64,000 nucleotides of DNA from Acidimicrobiales bacterium. Its GTDB lineage: Bacteria > Actinomycetota > Acidimicrobiia > Acidimicrobiales > JAHWLA01. Each line of letters starts with the position of its first letter. Within the stretch, counting starts at the first letter, position 1. Shown piece after piece: positions 28,029-37,551 of the stretch. Under the pieces are notes generated by a model. It did no database searches, had not been told where the DNA came from, and worked only from the letters and a program-made list of their open reading frames with translations. The stretch lies in assembly GCA_036260075.1 (NCBI GenBank), contig DATAAM010000066.1, positions 4,226-68,225 of the forward strand. The letters are read 5' to 3'. The position numbers were made by a program, and so were the translations under genes.

Positions 28029-29360
28029 TCAGCCTGTTTGCAGTCGCTCGGCGAGATCGGGGACGGGCGAGAACACGTACTCCTTGCCACGCTTGCCACG
28101 AACGAGCAGACCGCGGCGAGCGAGATCGTGCAGGTCGGAGCGCGCCGATTGATGCGTGACGTTGTGACTGGCCGCATGGGAGCGGAACGTGTACCGGGCA
28201 TCGCCCGTGCGCAGTGCGTGCTGAAGCAACGCCAGTTGGCGATGGTTGTAGGTGTCCGATCGGCGAATGAGTGCTTCGACCTCGCGCAGCTCTGCCGTCT
28301 TGCGCCGCAGGTAGTCGTCGAGGTCGTCAATGGCTCGACAGATCACGGCCAGCTGGTACAGAACGAAATAGGTGGCATCGAGCTCGTCCGTCTCGACGTA
28401 GAGGAACGCACGGCCGTACTGGCCCGGCGCCTTGCGGAGGATGCGGGAGATGGAGAGGAACTCAGCCAGCCAGTACCGCCGGCGAAGCATCGACCAGTAG
28501 AACAACGCGCGTGCCGTCCGCCCGTTGCCATCGACGAACGGATGGTCGTACGCCAGCCACAGGTGGAGCAGGATCGACCGGACAACGGGGTGCATGAAAC
28601 CGCGCACACCATCCTCGCCGTTGGCGAACGCGCACATCGCCTCGAGGCGAGAGGGAAGTTGCTCGGCGGGTGGCGGCGCGTGCAGCACGTTGTTCTCGTC
28701 GTCCATGACACTGACGCGCTTCTCCTCGGGGAGCTGGAGTCGGCCTGCTGCGCTGGGATCGGCAAGCGTGCCCTCGGTCATGACGCGATGGATGGTCAAA
28801 ACGGCTTCGGGCGTGAGCGGTTCCTTGGCCAGCTCTCGTACGAGGTTGATTCCCTGGTAGTTGTTCACGATCATGCGCTCGCTGTGGTCGCGTGGCGGTC
28901 GGCCGCTGCGGATCATCTCCTTGGCCACCACGCGCGACGTGACTGCGCCCTCCAACTGGCTGGAGGTGATCGCCTCTTCCATCAGCGAGGTCACGATGTA
29001 GCGGGACCTCGTGTGCGTGTTGGTGACGACTTCAGCCGTTCCGATGCGGCCCGCCGTCTGTTGGTCGATCCGGTGTGCCATCTCCCAGGCGGCATCGGGC
29101 ATGCAGTACTGGAACGGTCGTCCGGCGGGGTCCGTCAAGGGCAGCGGGTTGAGCAGCCCTCTGCGTGCGAACTTCACCCCCATCCACCACTGCTCGACAT
29201 CGAGGCCGGCGGGCGGTGACAAGTGCCGGAGGGTGTCCCAGTGCCGGTACTTCCCGTCGTCGGTCCACGGCGGCACCGAGAGGAACGCTGCAAGAGCGGC
29301 GCTCCTGAGCTCCCGCACCTTGTCGAAGTCGAGCACAGGCGGCGTGCGGGGGATCCTCAC
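28029..29360 (-). CDS. Fic family protein (AMPylase-type) with a C-terminal winged-helix region
   Basis: The Fic motif HPFVDGNGRTARAL is present. The product is 443 aa with a GTG start preceded by GGAG. GC is visibly lower than in the neighbouring genes. Confidence 0.9.
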   Translation of the reverse strand: MRIPRTPPVLDFDKVRELRSAALAAFLSVPPWTDDGKYRHWDTLRHLSPPAGLDVEQWWMGVKFARRGLLNPLPLTDPAGRPFQYCMPDAAWEMAHRIDQQTAGRIGTAEVVTNTHTRSRYIVTSLMEEAITSSQLEGAVTSRVVAKEMIRSGRPPRDHSERMIVNNYQGINLVRELAKEPLTPEAVLTIHRVMTEGTLADPSAAGRLQLPEEKRVSVMDDENNVLHAPPPAEQLPSRLEAMCAFANGEDGVRGFMHPVVRSILLHLWLAYDHPFVDGNGRTARALFYWSMLRRRYWLAEFLSISRILRKAPGQYGRAFLYVETDELDATYFVLYQLAVICRAIDDLDDYLRRKTAELREVEALIRRSDTYNHRQLALLQHALRTGDARYTFRSHAASHNVTHQSARSDLHDLARRGLLVRGKRGKEYVFSPVPDLAERLQTG

Positions 29361-29462
29361 GGCAACTCCAAGCCAAGTACAAGCATGTCAACAAACTGTA
29401 GTTGTCATTCCGAGACTGCTCAAAGAGTTTGAGAAACTTTGAGAAAGCCTTGAAATCGCAGC

Positions 29463-30632
29463 TCACGCGGCCAGGTCGGCGGGCGTGAGCTGCTCGGTGA
29501 CGAGCCGCTCGAAGCGGGCGGGGTCGCCCGCCACGAAGCGGCGACAGAGCGGCAGCCCCTCCACGTAGCACGTCATGTACGCCCGCCACGTCGGGTCCGA
29601 GAGGAACTCGACGGTCTTGCGGGCCCGCGCTTCCGGCAGGAGCGCCCAACGGGCGAGGTAGTCGACGACGGCGTCGGGGTCGGCGCCGTCCTCGTGCAGG
29701 AGGAGGGCGGCGTTGCCGCGCACGGCGCCGAGGGCGGTGGCGGTGTCGGCCACGACCGCCACCTGTTCGGCCTCGTAGGGGATGCCGAGCGGCCGCAGGT
29801 GCTCGGCCACCACCGATTCGGGCCGCGGGCCGAGGACCACCTCGATGCCGAGGTCGGCCAGCCCTTCGGCGACGAGGCACTGCGGGGTGCCCACCAGGAA
29901 GACCGTCTCCTCGAGCTGCTGCCGGCGGCGGACGAGGCCGACCTCCTTGCGACAGTGCTCGGTGTGGTGCCCGGGGTAGGCCTCGTGCGCAACCAGCTGC
30001 GCCAGGTGGGGGCTCAGCACCGGCAGGTCCGTGTTGATCGCCACCCGGCTGCGCAGGTCGCCCAGGTAGTAGTTGAAGCCCGCCCACGGCTTGTCGGACA
30101 CGAGCTCGAAGTCGACGCGCTCGCCGTCGGGCAGCCCGAACAGGCGGGCCGTCCGCTCGCGCAGGTCCTCCGCCAGCGAGGCGACCGCTCGGGCCAGCGA
30201 GTCGACCGGCACCACCTGCGCCTCCCGCCATGCGATGTAGCGCTCGCGCACGTCGCCGGTGCCGGGCAGCACCTCGTCGAGGGCGCGGTGGGCGGCGGCG
30301 AGCTCGTCCTCGTCGACCCGCCGCGGGCGGACGCCGTAGCAGGCCTCCACCTCGTCGCTGTAGGAGATGGCCTCGCCCGCGAGCTTGCGGGCGGTGGTGT
30401 GCAGCCCCACCACCTGCGCCCGCAGCCAGTGGCGCCGGCGGGCGTCGAGGTCGGCGGCGTCGAGGTCGGCGAGGAGGCGGGCGGCCTCGGCCACCAGCGC
30501 GGGGGGCGGACGACGCGGCTGCTCGGCGAGCTCCGGCGGGCCGTAGTACGCGTCGACCAGGCCGTCGACGTGCCGCCCGAGCGCCAGGCCCAGCGTCAGG
30601 TAACGGCGGACGACGTCGGCGCCGTCAGCCAA
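29463..30632 (-). CDS. DUF885-like protein with a HEAYPGHH metallopeptidase-type motif
   Basis: 389 aa with a TTG start. The motif HEAYPGHHTEH is present. The family assignment is from memory. Confidence 0.65.
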   Translation of the reverse strand: MADGADVVRRYLTLGLALGRHVDGLVDAYYGPPELAEQPRRPPPALVAEAARLLADLDAADLDARRRHWLRAQVVGLHTTARKLAGEAISYSDEVEACYGVRPRRVDEDELAAAHRALDEVLPGTGDVRERYIAWREAQVVPVDSLARAVASLAEDLRERTARLFGLPDGERVDFELVSDKPWAGFNYYLGDLRSRVAINTDLPVLSPHLAQLVAHEAYPGHHTEHCRKEVGLVRRRQQLEETVFLVGTPQCLVAEGLADLGIEVVLGPRPESVVAEHLRPLGIPYEAEQVAVVADTATALGAVRGNAALLLHEDGADPDAVVDYLARWALLPEARARKTVEFLSDPTWRAYMTCYVEGLPLCRRFVAGDPARFERLVTEQLTPADLAA

Positions 30633-31305
30633 GCCGCTCGCGGAAGAAGGCGAGCGACCGCTCCCACGCCTGTCGGGACGCCTCGGGGTCGTGGACCTCG
30701 GGTCGGGTGTCGTTGAAGAACGCGTGCTGCGTACCGGGGTAGACGAACAGCTCGACCTCCTTGCCCAGCTCGCGCAGCTGTTGCTCCAGCGCGCGAGCGA
30801 GGTCGGGCGTGAAGAACTCGTCCTTCTCGGCGTAGTGGCCCTGCACGGCGGCGGCGAGCTTGGAGTAGTCGGGCTGCGCCTCGGGCCAGGGGATGAGGCC
30901 GTAGAACGGGGCCACCGCCTTCACCGCGTCGGGTCGCTGTGTGGCGAGCACGAGCGCCAAGCCGCCGCCCATGCAGAACCCGATCACGCCGACGCCCTCG
31001 CCGGTCGAGCGCTCGCGCACGAAGTCGACGGCGCCGCCCATGTCCTTGCCCGCCTGCGCCATGTTCATGGCCATCATCAGTAACCCGGCCTCGTCGGGCT
31101 CGCGCGTGGTCTCGCCGCGGTAGAGGTCGGGGGCCAGCGCCACGAAGCCTTCGGCCGCGAGGCGGTCGCACACCTCCTTGATGTGCGGCACCAACCCCCA
31201 CCACTCCTGGATGACCACCAAGCCGGGGCCGCTGCCCGACGCGGGGGTGGCCAGGTAGCCCTGCCCCGTGGCGCCGTTGCTCGGGAACTCCACCATCTCA
31301 CCCAT
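30625..31305 (-). CDS. dienelactone hydrolase family protein
   Basis: 226 aa with VVIQEWWGL, APDLY and the nucleophile motif GFCMGG. Confidence 0.9.
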   Translation of the reverse strand: MGEMVEFPSNGATGQGYLATPASGSGPGLVVIQEWWGLVPHIKEVCDRLAAEGFVALAPDLYRGETTREPDEAGLLMMAMNMAQAGKDMGGAVDFVRERSTGEGVGVIGFCMGGGLALVLATQRPDAVKAVAPFYGLIPWPEAQPDYSKLAAAVQGHYAEKDEFFTPDLARALEQQLRELGKEVELFVYPGTQHAFFNDTRPEVHDPEASRQAWERSLAFFRERLG

Positions 31306-31355
31306 GGCCGCGCACGCTACCGCGGCCTCGTCGTCGCGGCCCGACCCTCCAGGGG

Positions 31356-31814
31356 TCAGTAGGTGCCGACCAGCTTGGCGTGGTCCCAGGACACCACGCG
31401 AGCCACGTCGATGCGCACGGCAACGCGCTTGGCCCCCATCTGCTCGAGGGCCGGCAGCGCCGTCCCTTCGAACGGCCCGGTGTAGCGCTCGTGCACACTG
31501 CGGCCGACCGCCAGCACGCTCTCGCGGTCGTCGAGCACAGTCGCGCGGCCGACGATCTCGACGCCGCGCAGCTCGTGGTAGGCCTCACCGGTCTCCACCA
31601 GGCAGGTGATGCGCGGGTCGCGTCGGAGGTTGACGACCTTCTGCGACTTGCCGTACGTCCAGAACGCAGGCGACCCGTCGAGGAAGCCGTACCACATGGC
31701 CACCAGGTGCGGCTGCCCGTCGGGGCCGATCGTGGCCACGTTCATGGTGTGGCGGCCGTCGAGGAAGGCGTGGACCTCCTCGTCGGTCATCCTGATCAGG
31801 TCGCGACGGCTCAT
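31356..31814 (-). CDS. PPOX-class (pyridoxamine 5'-phosphate oxidase-like, probably F420-dependent) protein
   Basis: 152 aa: MTDEEVHAFLDGRHTMNVATIGPDGQPHLVAMWY... Confidence 0.85.
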   Translation of the reverse strand: MSRRDLIRMTDEEVHAFLDGRHTMNVATIGPDGQPHLVAMWYGFLDGSPAFWTYGKSQKVVNLRRDPRITCLVETGEAYHELRGVEIVGRATVLDDRESVLAVGRSVHERYTGPFEGTALPALEQMGAKRVAVRIDVARVVSWDHAKLVGTY

Positions 31815-31818
31815 GTCG

Positions 31819-32598
31819 TCAGTCGAGCGGCTTCAACAGCTCGGGCGCCACTCCGCAGGTGGGCTCGGTGCCGCCCGCGCCGACCACCTCGTCGACCACG
31901 TCGAGGGGCACCACCTCCTCCGGCCGGTCCCACGGCTCTCCCCCGTCCGCCGACAGCCGATCGAGCAACGCCTCCCACAACGCGGCGGGGAGCATTCGAC
32001 CCACGCCGGCCACCAACCAGACGGCTGTTCCTGTCTGCCGCGCCACCGAGGCGGCCGCCCGCGCCCCGGCAGCGGCCACGAAGCCGTCGGGCCCGATCGC
32101 CGACGCTTCCAGCAGCACGAGGTCGGACTCGGCCGCCGCCGCCCCCACGCCACTGTCGGGCACGTCGAGGGCGTCGACGCCCGCATTGCGGAGCCGTCGC
32201 GAGAACGAGCGACCTTCGCCGCCCGCATCGACCACCAGCAGCTCCAAGTCGGCCCGTCGGCGCACCGCCTCGCCCGCCAGCTCGGGCCAGCCGAACACGA
32301 GGACGCTGGCGTCGTCCGGCAGGCGGGCCACCAGCACCTGGGCCGAGCCGTCGGCGTCGAGCTGGTCGGCGGACCGCCAGGCTTCGGCCACCGGCTCGGA
32401 GGCGGTGAGCATCCGTGACGCCAGCCACCACATCGGCCCGGACGTGGGATGGCGTTCGACCAGCCGACGGCAGGCCGTGACCAGGCCGGGTGGATCGTCC
32501 GCGAAGGAGGCCAGCGCGCCGGCCGCTTCCCGGACCAGGAGGGCGTGCCCGACGCCGTCCGACCGAGCGACGTGACGGAGGCGCTCGATCGGGTGCAC
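31819..32598 (-). CDS. eIF-2B alpha/beta/delta-like family protein (hypothetical)
   Basis: 259 aa. The pattern VVDAGGEGRSFSRRLRNAGVDALDVPDSGVGAAAAESDLVLLEASAIGPDG resembles the IF-2B/MtnA fold. The start is GTG. Confidence 0.45.
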   Translation of the reverse strand: MHPIERLRHVARSDGVGHALLVREAAGALASFADDPPGLVTACRRLVERHPTSGPMWWLASRMLTASEPVAEAWRSADQLDADGSAQVLVARLPDDASVLVFGWPELAGEAVRRRADLELLVVDAGGEGRSFSRRLRNAGVDALDVPDSGVGAAAAESDLVLLEASAIGPDGFVAAAGARAAASVARQTGTAVWLVAGVGRMLPAALWEALLDRLSADGGEPWDRPEEVVPLDVVDEVVGAGGTEPTCGVAPELLKPLD

Positions 32599-33114
32599 CT
32601 ACACAGGTTTCCAGATCATCAAGGCCAGGATCACCACGACGGTCAGGTTGAGGACGGCGCCGACGACGGCCACCGTCCTGCCCCGCTGCTCCAGCTCCAC
32701 CGCCTGGGGCGGCGGGCCCGCAGTGGCGCCCTGGGGCGGCGGGGGGCCCATGTCGACGAGCTCGGCCATCAGCACGCGCATGCGCTTGACGGCAGGCTGG
32801 AGCAGCCCGTGCGAAAGGCCGACGGCGATCACGAACAGCCCCATCGACAGCGAGACCCACAGGTCGCCGAAGGACCAGGCGTCGTCGCCGGCCACGACCA
32901 GCAGCACGCCGAAGACGAACACGAGGTAGATGAAGAGCTCGGCCACCCGGCTCACGAAGACGGTGGCGTCGGTGATCGCCAGGGCCTCGGCACCGCGGCG
33001 CTTCTTCGCCTCGTTGCCGTACAGTCCGTTGAGCATCACCGCGCCGAAACCCACCACCGCGGACAGGATGTGGAGCACGAGAAGCGTCTTGTAGATCCCG
33101 CTGTCGATGCCCAC
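32599..33114 (-). CDS. integral membrane protein (DUF2269-like)
   Basis: GTG at 33114, with four hydrophobic helices. The stop abuts the start of the next gene. Confidence 0.6.
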   Translation of the reverse strand: MGIDSGIYKTLLVLHILSAVVGFGAVMLNGLYGNEAKKRRGAEALAITDATVFVSRVAELFIYLVFVFGVLLVVAGDDAWSFGDLWVSLSMGLFVIAVGLSHGLLQPAVKRMRVLMAELVDMGPPPPQGATAGPPPQAVELEQRGRTVAVVGAVLNLTVVVILALMIWKPV

Positions 33115-33182
33115 GGGTGGCCCCTTTCTGCGGCGTCGGCTGCTTCGCACGTGCGAGGGTAGTGCGGCTACCTTCTGCCGCC

Positions 33183-33671
33183 GTGGCAAGCAACCCCCCT
33201 CCCGATCTGACGCTCGCGCCACTGGACGGGCCGCCTCGCTCGGTCGAGCACCTCCTCACGCTGTTCGACCTCTGCTTCGTCGCGCTCGACCCGTTCACGC
33301 ACGAGAGCGCGTGGATCCTGGAGACAGCGGGTCGCATCCTCTCGACGTTCGACCAGGCCGACGTGCGGGTGGCCATCGTCTGCACCGGCACGCCCGAGGA
33401 GTGCCGCATGTTCCTCGGCCCGTGGGCCAAGAGCATCCTCACGTTCGCCGATGCCGACCGCACGGTGGTGAAGTCCTTCGGCCTCGAACGACTTCCCGCG
33501 CTGGTGCACCTCGGCATCGACGGCACGGTGCTCGGCGTCGCCGAGGGCTGGCGCCCCGCCGAGTGGAAGGCCATCACCGACAACCTGGCCAAGCGCATGG
33601 CGTGGACCGCCCCCGTGATCCCCGTGGCGGGCGATCCCGCCCCCTTCGAGGGCACTCCCGCGCTCGGCTAG
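33183..33671 (+). CDS. thioredoxin-fold (TlpA/AhpC-like) protein lacking the CXXC motif
   Basis: LTLAPLDGPPRSVEHLL...FVALDPFTHES...VAIVCTG...PALVHLGIDGTV matches the fold pattern. The start is uncertain: GTG at 33183 or at 33117. Confidence 0.5.
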   Translation: MASNPPPDLTLAPLDGPPRSVEHLLTLFDLCFVALDPFTHESAWILETAGRILSTFDQADVRVAIVCTGTPEECRMFLGPWAKSILTFADADRTVVKSFGLERLPALVHLGIDGTVLGVAEGWRPAEWKAITDNLAKRMAWTAPVIPVAGDPAPFEGTPALG

Positions 33672-33747
33672 TAGCGGCGAGGCGGACTACTCGACGACCC
33701 GCCCCCTTCGAGGGGACGCCGGCGCTCGGCCGGCGCGGCGTGCCGGC

Positions 33748-35130
33748 CTACTTGACGATCCCGCCCTTCGTCATCGAGAGCGTGTCGAGGGCCTTGTCGA
33801 GCTCGGCGTCGGTCATCCACCCGCGCTCGAGCACCAGCTCACGGATGGAGCGGCCCGTCTTGGTCGACTCCTTGATGACCTCGGCCGCCTTCTCGTAGCC
33901 GATGTAGGGGTTGAGTGACGTGCCGATGGACGGCGACGACTCGGCGTACTGCTTGCACCGCTCCACATCGGCCTCGATGCCGACGATGCACTTGTCGGCG
34001 AACACCCGGCTCACCGACGCCAGCAACCGGATCGACTCGAGCAGGTTGCGGGCGATGACCGGCAGCATGACGTTGAGCTCGAGGTTGCCCGCCGCTCCGC
34101 CGAAGGCGACGGCGGCGTCGTTGCCGATCACCTGCGACACGACCTGGCACACGGCCTCGGGCACCACCGGGTTGACCTTGCCCGGCATGATCGACGAGCC
34201 CGGCTGGAGGTCGGGGATGCGGATCTCGGCCAGCCCGGTGCGCGGGCCGCTGCCCATCCAACGCAGGTCGTTGGCGATCTTGTAAAGCGACACGGCGATC
34301 GTGCGCAACACGCCGCTGCACTCGACGAGCGCGTCGCGAGCGCCCTGGGCCTCGAAGTGGTCGCGCGCTTCCGTGAGCGGCAGGCCGGTGGTCTCGGCCA
34401 AGCGGGCGATGACGCCCTTGGCGAACGTCTTCGGCGCGTTGATGCCGGTGCCGACAGCCGTGCCGCCGAGTGGAAGCTCGCCCACGCGGGGCAGCGCGGC
34501 GCGGATGCGCTCGATGCCGATCTCGATCGCCTGGGCGTAGCCGCCGAACTCCTGGCCCAACGTGACCGGCGTGGCGTCCATGAGGTGCGTGCGCCCCGAC
34601 TTCACGACCGCCTTGAACTCACGCTGCTTCTTCCGCAACGCCTTCGCCAGGTGCTCGAGCGCCGGGACGAGGTCGTGCACGAGGCCCTGGCAGGCGGCGA
34701 TGTGGATGGCGGACGGGAACACGTCGTTCGACGACTGTGAGGCGTTCACGTGGTCGTTGGGATGGACCTTCCCGCCGAGCTTCTCCGACGCCAGCGTGGC
34801 CAGGACCTCGTTGGCGTTCATGTTGGAGGACGTGCCCGAGCCCGTCTGATAGACGTCGATGGGGAACTGGTCGTCCCACCGACCGTCCGCCACTTCGCGA
34901 GCCGCTTCGTGTATCGCGTTCGCGATGTCCTTGTCGAGCACTCGGAGGCGGGCGTTGACGAGCGCGGCGGCCCCTTTGATCTCGGCGAGCGCCCTGATCA
35001 GCAGGCGGTCGATGGTGAGGCCGGAGATCGGGAAGTTCTCGACGGCCCGCTGGGTCTGGGCCGCCCACTTGGCGTCGGCGGGCACCTGGACCTCGCCCAT
35101 GGAGTCGTGCTCGATGCGAACGTCCGTCAT
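33748..35130 (-). CDS. fumC: class II fumarate hydratase
   Basis: The ATG at 35130 gives [29 protein letters not shown] (the signature motif) and [14 protein letters not shown]. Confidence 0.95.
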   Translation of the reverse strand: MTDVRIEHDSMGEVQVPADAKWAAQTQRAVENFPISGLTIDRLLIRALAEIKGAAALVNARLRVLDKDIANAIHEAAREVADGRWDDQFPIDVYQTGSGTSSNMNANEVLATLASEKLGGKVHPNDHVNASQSSNDVFPSAIHIAACQGLVHDLVPALEHLAKALRKKQREFKAVVKSGRTHLMDATPVTLGQEFGGYAQAIEIGIERIRAALPRVGELPLGGTAVGTGINAPKTFAKGVIARLAETTGLPLTEARDHFEAQGARDALVECSGVLRTIAVSLYKIANDLRWMGSGPRTGLAEIRIPDLQPGSSIMPGKVNPVVPEAVCQVVSQVIGNDAAVAFGGAAGNLELNVMLPVIARNLLESIRLLASVSRVFADKCIVGIEADVERCKQYAESSPSIGTSLNPYIGYEKAAEVIKESTKTGRSIRELVLERGWMTDAELDKALDTLSMTKGGIVK

Positions 35131-35155
35131 ACGGCCGACGGTAGCGTGGGGTCTC

Positions 35156-36295
35156 GTGACCCGTCCCATCCGGGCCGTCGGTCTCCTCGTCGCCTGCCTC
35201 GTGGCCACCGCGACCGCCCCGCTGCCCGCCTCCGCCGACACCGTCGCCGAGAAGCGGGCGGAGGCCGAACGCATCGCGGCCGAGCTCGAGGAGCAGGGCA
35301 GGCGCATCAGCGTCCTGGCCGAGCAGGTGAACAACGCCCGCCTCGAAGCCGAGCGCGTGGAGGCGGCGGCGGCCGCGGCGGCGGCCGACCTGGCGCAGGC
35401 CGAGCGCGAGGTGGAGGCGTCCCAGGCGCGGCTGAAGGTCCAGGCCGTAAACGCCTACGTCCGCGGCGGCCGGCTTCCCACCGTGCAGGAGATCGTCGGC
35501 GGCAACCCCGAGGAGATGGGCGTGCGCAACACGTACGTGCGCACGGTGCTGCGGCAGGAGCGGGACGCGTTGGAGGCGCTGCGGTCGGCGCGCGAGGAGC
35601 GCAGTGCACGGAAGGCCGCGTTGGAGGACACCCGGCGTGCCGCGCGGGACGCGTTGGCTGCCGTGGAGTCGAGTCGTCGGGAAGCCGCAACCGCCGAGGC
35701 GCAACAGCGGGCGACGTTGGGCCGGGTGCAGGGCGAGCTGGCGGCGCTCGTCGAGGCCGACCGCAGGCGGCGCGAGGAGGAGGCCGCCCGCCGGGCACGC
35801 GAGGAGCTGGCCCGACGACAGGCGGCCGAGGAGGCCGAGCGGCGGCGGCGGGCCGCCGAGGAGGAGGCCCGCCGGGCCCGCACGCCGAGCACCACCCCGA
35901 GCACCGCGCCGGGCGGCGAGGCGAGCGCGCCCGCACGGCCGCCCGCGGCCGGGGCCGACGCGGCCGTGGCCGAGGCCAAGCGCCAGCTCGGCAAGCCCTA
36001 CCAATGGGGCGCCGCCGGGCCCGACAGCTTCGACTGCTCCGGCCTCACGCAGTGGGCGTGGAAGGCAGGCGGTCGCTCGTTGCCCCATTCGTCGCAGGCG
36101 CAGTACAGCGCCACCAGCCGGGTCGCCTTGAACGACCTGCAACCGGGCGACCTCGTCTTCTACGGCAGCCCGATCCACCACGTCGGCATCTACGTGGGCA
36201 ACGGCCAGATGGTCGAGGCGTCGGAGACCGGCACGCCGGTTCGCTACGCCTCGATCTTCCGACGCGACTACGTGGGCGCGGGCCGCGTGGGCTGA
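35156..36295 (+). CDS. secreted NlpC/P60 peptidoglycan endopeptidase with a long coiled-coil N-domain (RipA-like)
   Basis: GTG at 35156 and signal peptide [18 protein letters not shown]. An Ala/Glu/Arg coiled coil follows. The C-terminus carries [19 protein letters not shown]...HHVGIY. Confidence 0.85.
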   Translation: MTRPIRAVGLLVACLVATATAPLPASADTVAEKRAEAERIAAELEEQGRRISVLAEQVNNARLEAERVEAAAAAAAADLAQAEREVEASQARLKVQAVNAYVRGGRLPTVQEIVGGNPEEMGVRNTYVRTVLRQERDALEALRSAREERSARKAALEDTRRAARDALAAVESSRREAATAEAQQRATLGRVQGELAALVEADRRRREEEAARRAREELARRQAAEEAERRRRAAEEEARRARTPSTTPSTAPGGEASAPARPPAAGADAAVAEAKRQLGKPYQWGAAGPDSFDCSGLTQWAWKAGGRSLPHSSQAQYSATSRVALNDLQPGDLVFYGSPIHHVGIYVGNGQMVEASETGTPVRYASIFRRDYVGAGRVG

Positions 36296-36537
36296 TCGAC
36301 CAAGTCGTCGAGCAGGGCGCCCGGCCGCACGCCGAGGCCTCGCGCCAACCGCAGAATCGTCACCAGCGTGGGACTCGTCTCGCCCTTCTCCATGTGTGTG
36401 ATGAAGGTACGGTGCAGGCCGGCCAGCTCGCCCAGTCGCTCCTGGGTCAGCCCGGCCGCTCGCCGCAACGAACGCAGCCGGCGACCGAACTTGCGCTTGG
36501 CGTCGGCGTCGGCGTCGCCGGGCGGCCCGTCCCCCAC
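36268..36537 (-). CDS. XRE family helix-turn-helix transcriptional regulator
   Basis: 89 aa: FGRRLRSLRRAAGLTQERLGELAGLHRTFITHMEKGE. Confidence 0.8.
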   Translation of the reverse strand: MGDGPPGDADADAKRKFGRRLRSLRRAAGLTQERLGELAGLHRTFITHMEKGETSPTLVTILRLARGLGVRPGALLDDLVDQPTRPAPT

Positions 36538-36603
36538 GGCTCGTCATTGCATGAAATTGGGGCCGAAAGGTCTACTGCATACTCCTAGCAATCGGAGGTT
36601 TTT

Positions 36604-37551
36604 TTGCGAGCAGCAACGATTCGCGACGGCGCGGTCGTCGTCGCCGAGCACCCCGAACCCGTGCCGGGCGTCGGCGAGGTGCTCGTGCGGGTGCGGGCCG
36701 CGGGCGTCAACAACGCCGACCTCCTGCAGGCCAAGGGGTTCTATCCCGCGCCTCCCGGGAGCCCGCCCGACATCCCTGGCCTGGAGCTGGCGGGTGAGGT
36801 GGTGGCCGTGGGCCCGGAGGCCCGTCGCTTCGCCGTCGGTGACCGGGTGATGGCAGTGGTCGGCGGCGGCGGGCAGGCCGAGCTGGCCGTGGTGCACGAG
36901 CGGGCAGCCATGCCCGTGCCGGGCGGATTGTCGTGGGAGGAGGCGGGCGGGCTGCCCGAGGCCTACACCACGGCGCACGACGCCCTGTTCACCCAGTGCG
37001 GCCTGTCCGTGGGCGAGCGCGTCTGCATCCACGGTGCAGCCGGCGGGGTGGGGTCGGCGGCCGTGCACCTGGCATCGGCGGCCGGGGCGCGGGTGGTGGC
37101 CACGGTGCGGAACCCGCAGCTGCGCGAGGCAGTGGCGACGTTGGGCAAGGGCGTGGTCGTCGTCGACCCCGACGGGTTCGGCGACCACGGGCCGTTCGAC
37201 GTGGTGCTCGAGCTGATCGGCGCACCCAACCTGCCCGCCGACGTCGGCTCGCTGGCCGAGGGCGGGCGCATCGCGGTGATCGGGGTCGGCGCCGGTGCGA
37301 GCGCCCAGCTCGACCTCCTGACGCTGATGGCCCGCCGCGGCCGCATCTTCGCCTCCACCCTGCGGGCTCGTCCGCTGGAGGGCAAGGCGAGCGCCGCCCG
37401 CTTGGTGGAGCGTCACGTGCTGCCCCTGTTCGAGGACGGCCGGGCCCGGGTGCCGGTGGCCGCCACGTTCCCGCTCGACGAGGTAGCCGCCGCCTACGAG
37501 CGCTTCGCCGCAGGCGGCAAGCTGGGCAAGCTCGTGCTCACGACGGGTTGA
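36604..37551 (+). CDS. NAD(P)H:quinone oxidoreductase (zeta-crystallin/MDR family)
   Basis: 315 aa with a TTG start after GGAGG. Contains GVNNADLLQAKGFYP, GLELAGEVVAVG and the HGAAGGVGSAAV Rossmann motif. Confidence 0.9.
   Translation: MRAATIRDGAVVVAEHPEPVPGVGEVLVRVRAAGVNNADLLQAKGFYPAPPGSPPDIPGLELAGEVVAVGPEARRFAVGDRVMAVVGGGGQAELAVVHERAAMPVPGGLSWEEAGGLPEAYTTAHDALFTQCGLSVGERVCIHGAAGGVGSAAVHLASAAGARVVATVRNPQLREAVATLGKGVVVVDPDGFGDHGPFDVVLELIGAPNLPADVGSLAEGGRIAVIGVGAGASAQLDLLTLMARRGRIFASTLRARPLEGKASAARLVERHVLPLFEDGRARVPVAATFPLDEVAAAYERFAAGGKLGKLVLTTG

Noticed and set aside
29386-29391. A perfect TTGACA (minus strand) upstream of the Fic gene, considered as its -35 box.
   Set aside because: It lies only 25 nt before the GTG start, and no TAnnnT hexamer sits at 16-19 nt spacing. 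The GGAG 5 nt before the GTG argues for a leadered mRNA whose promoter is further upstream.
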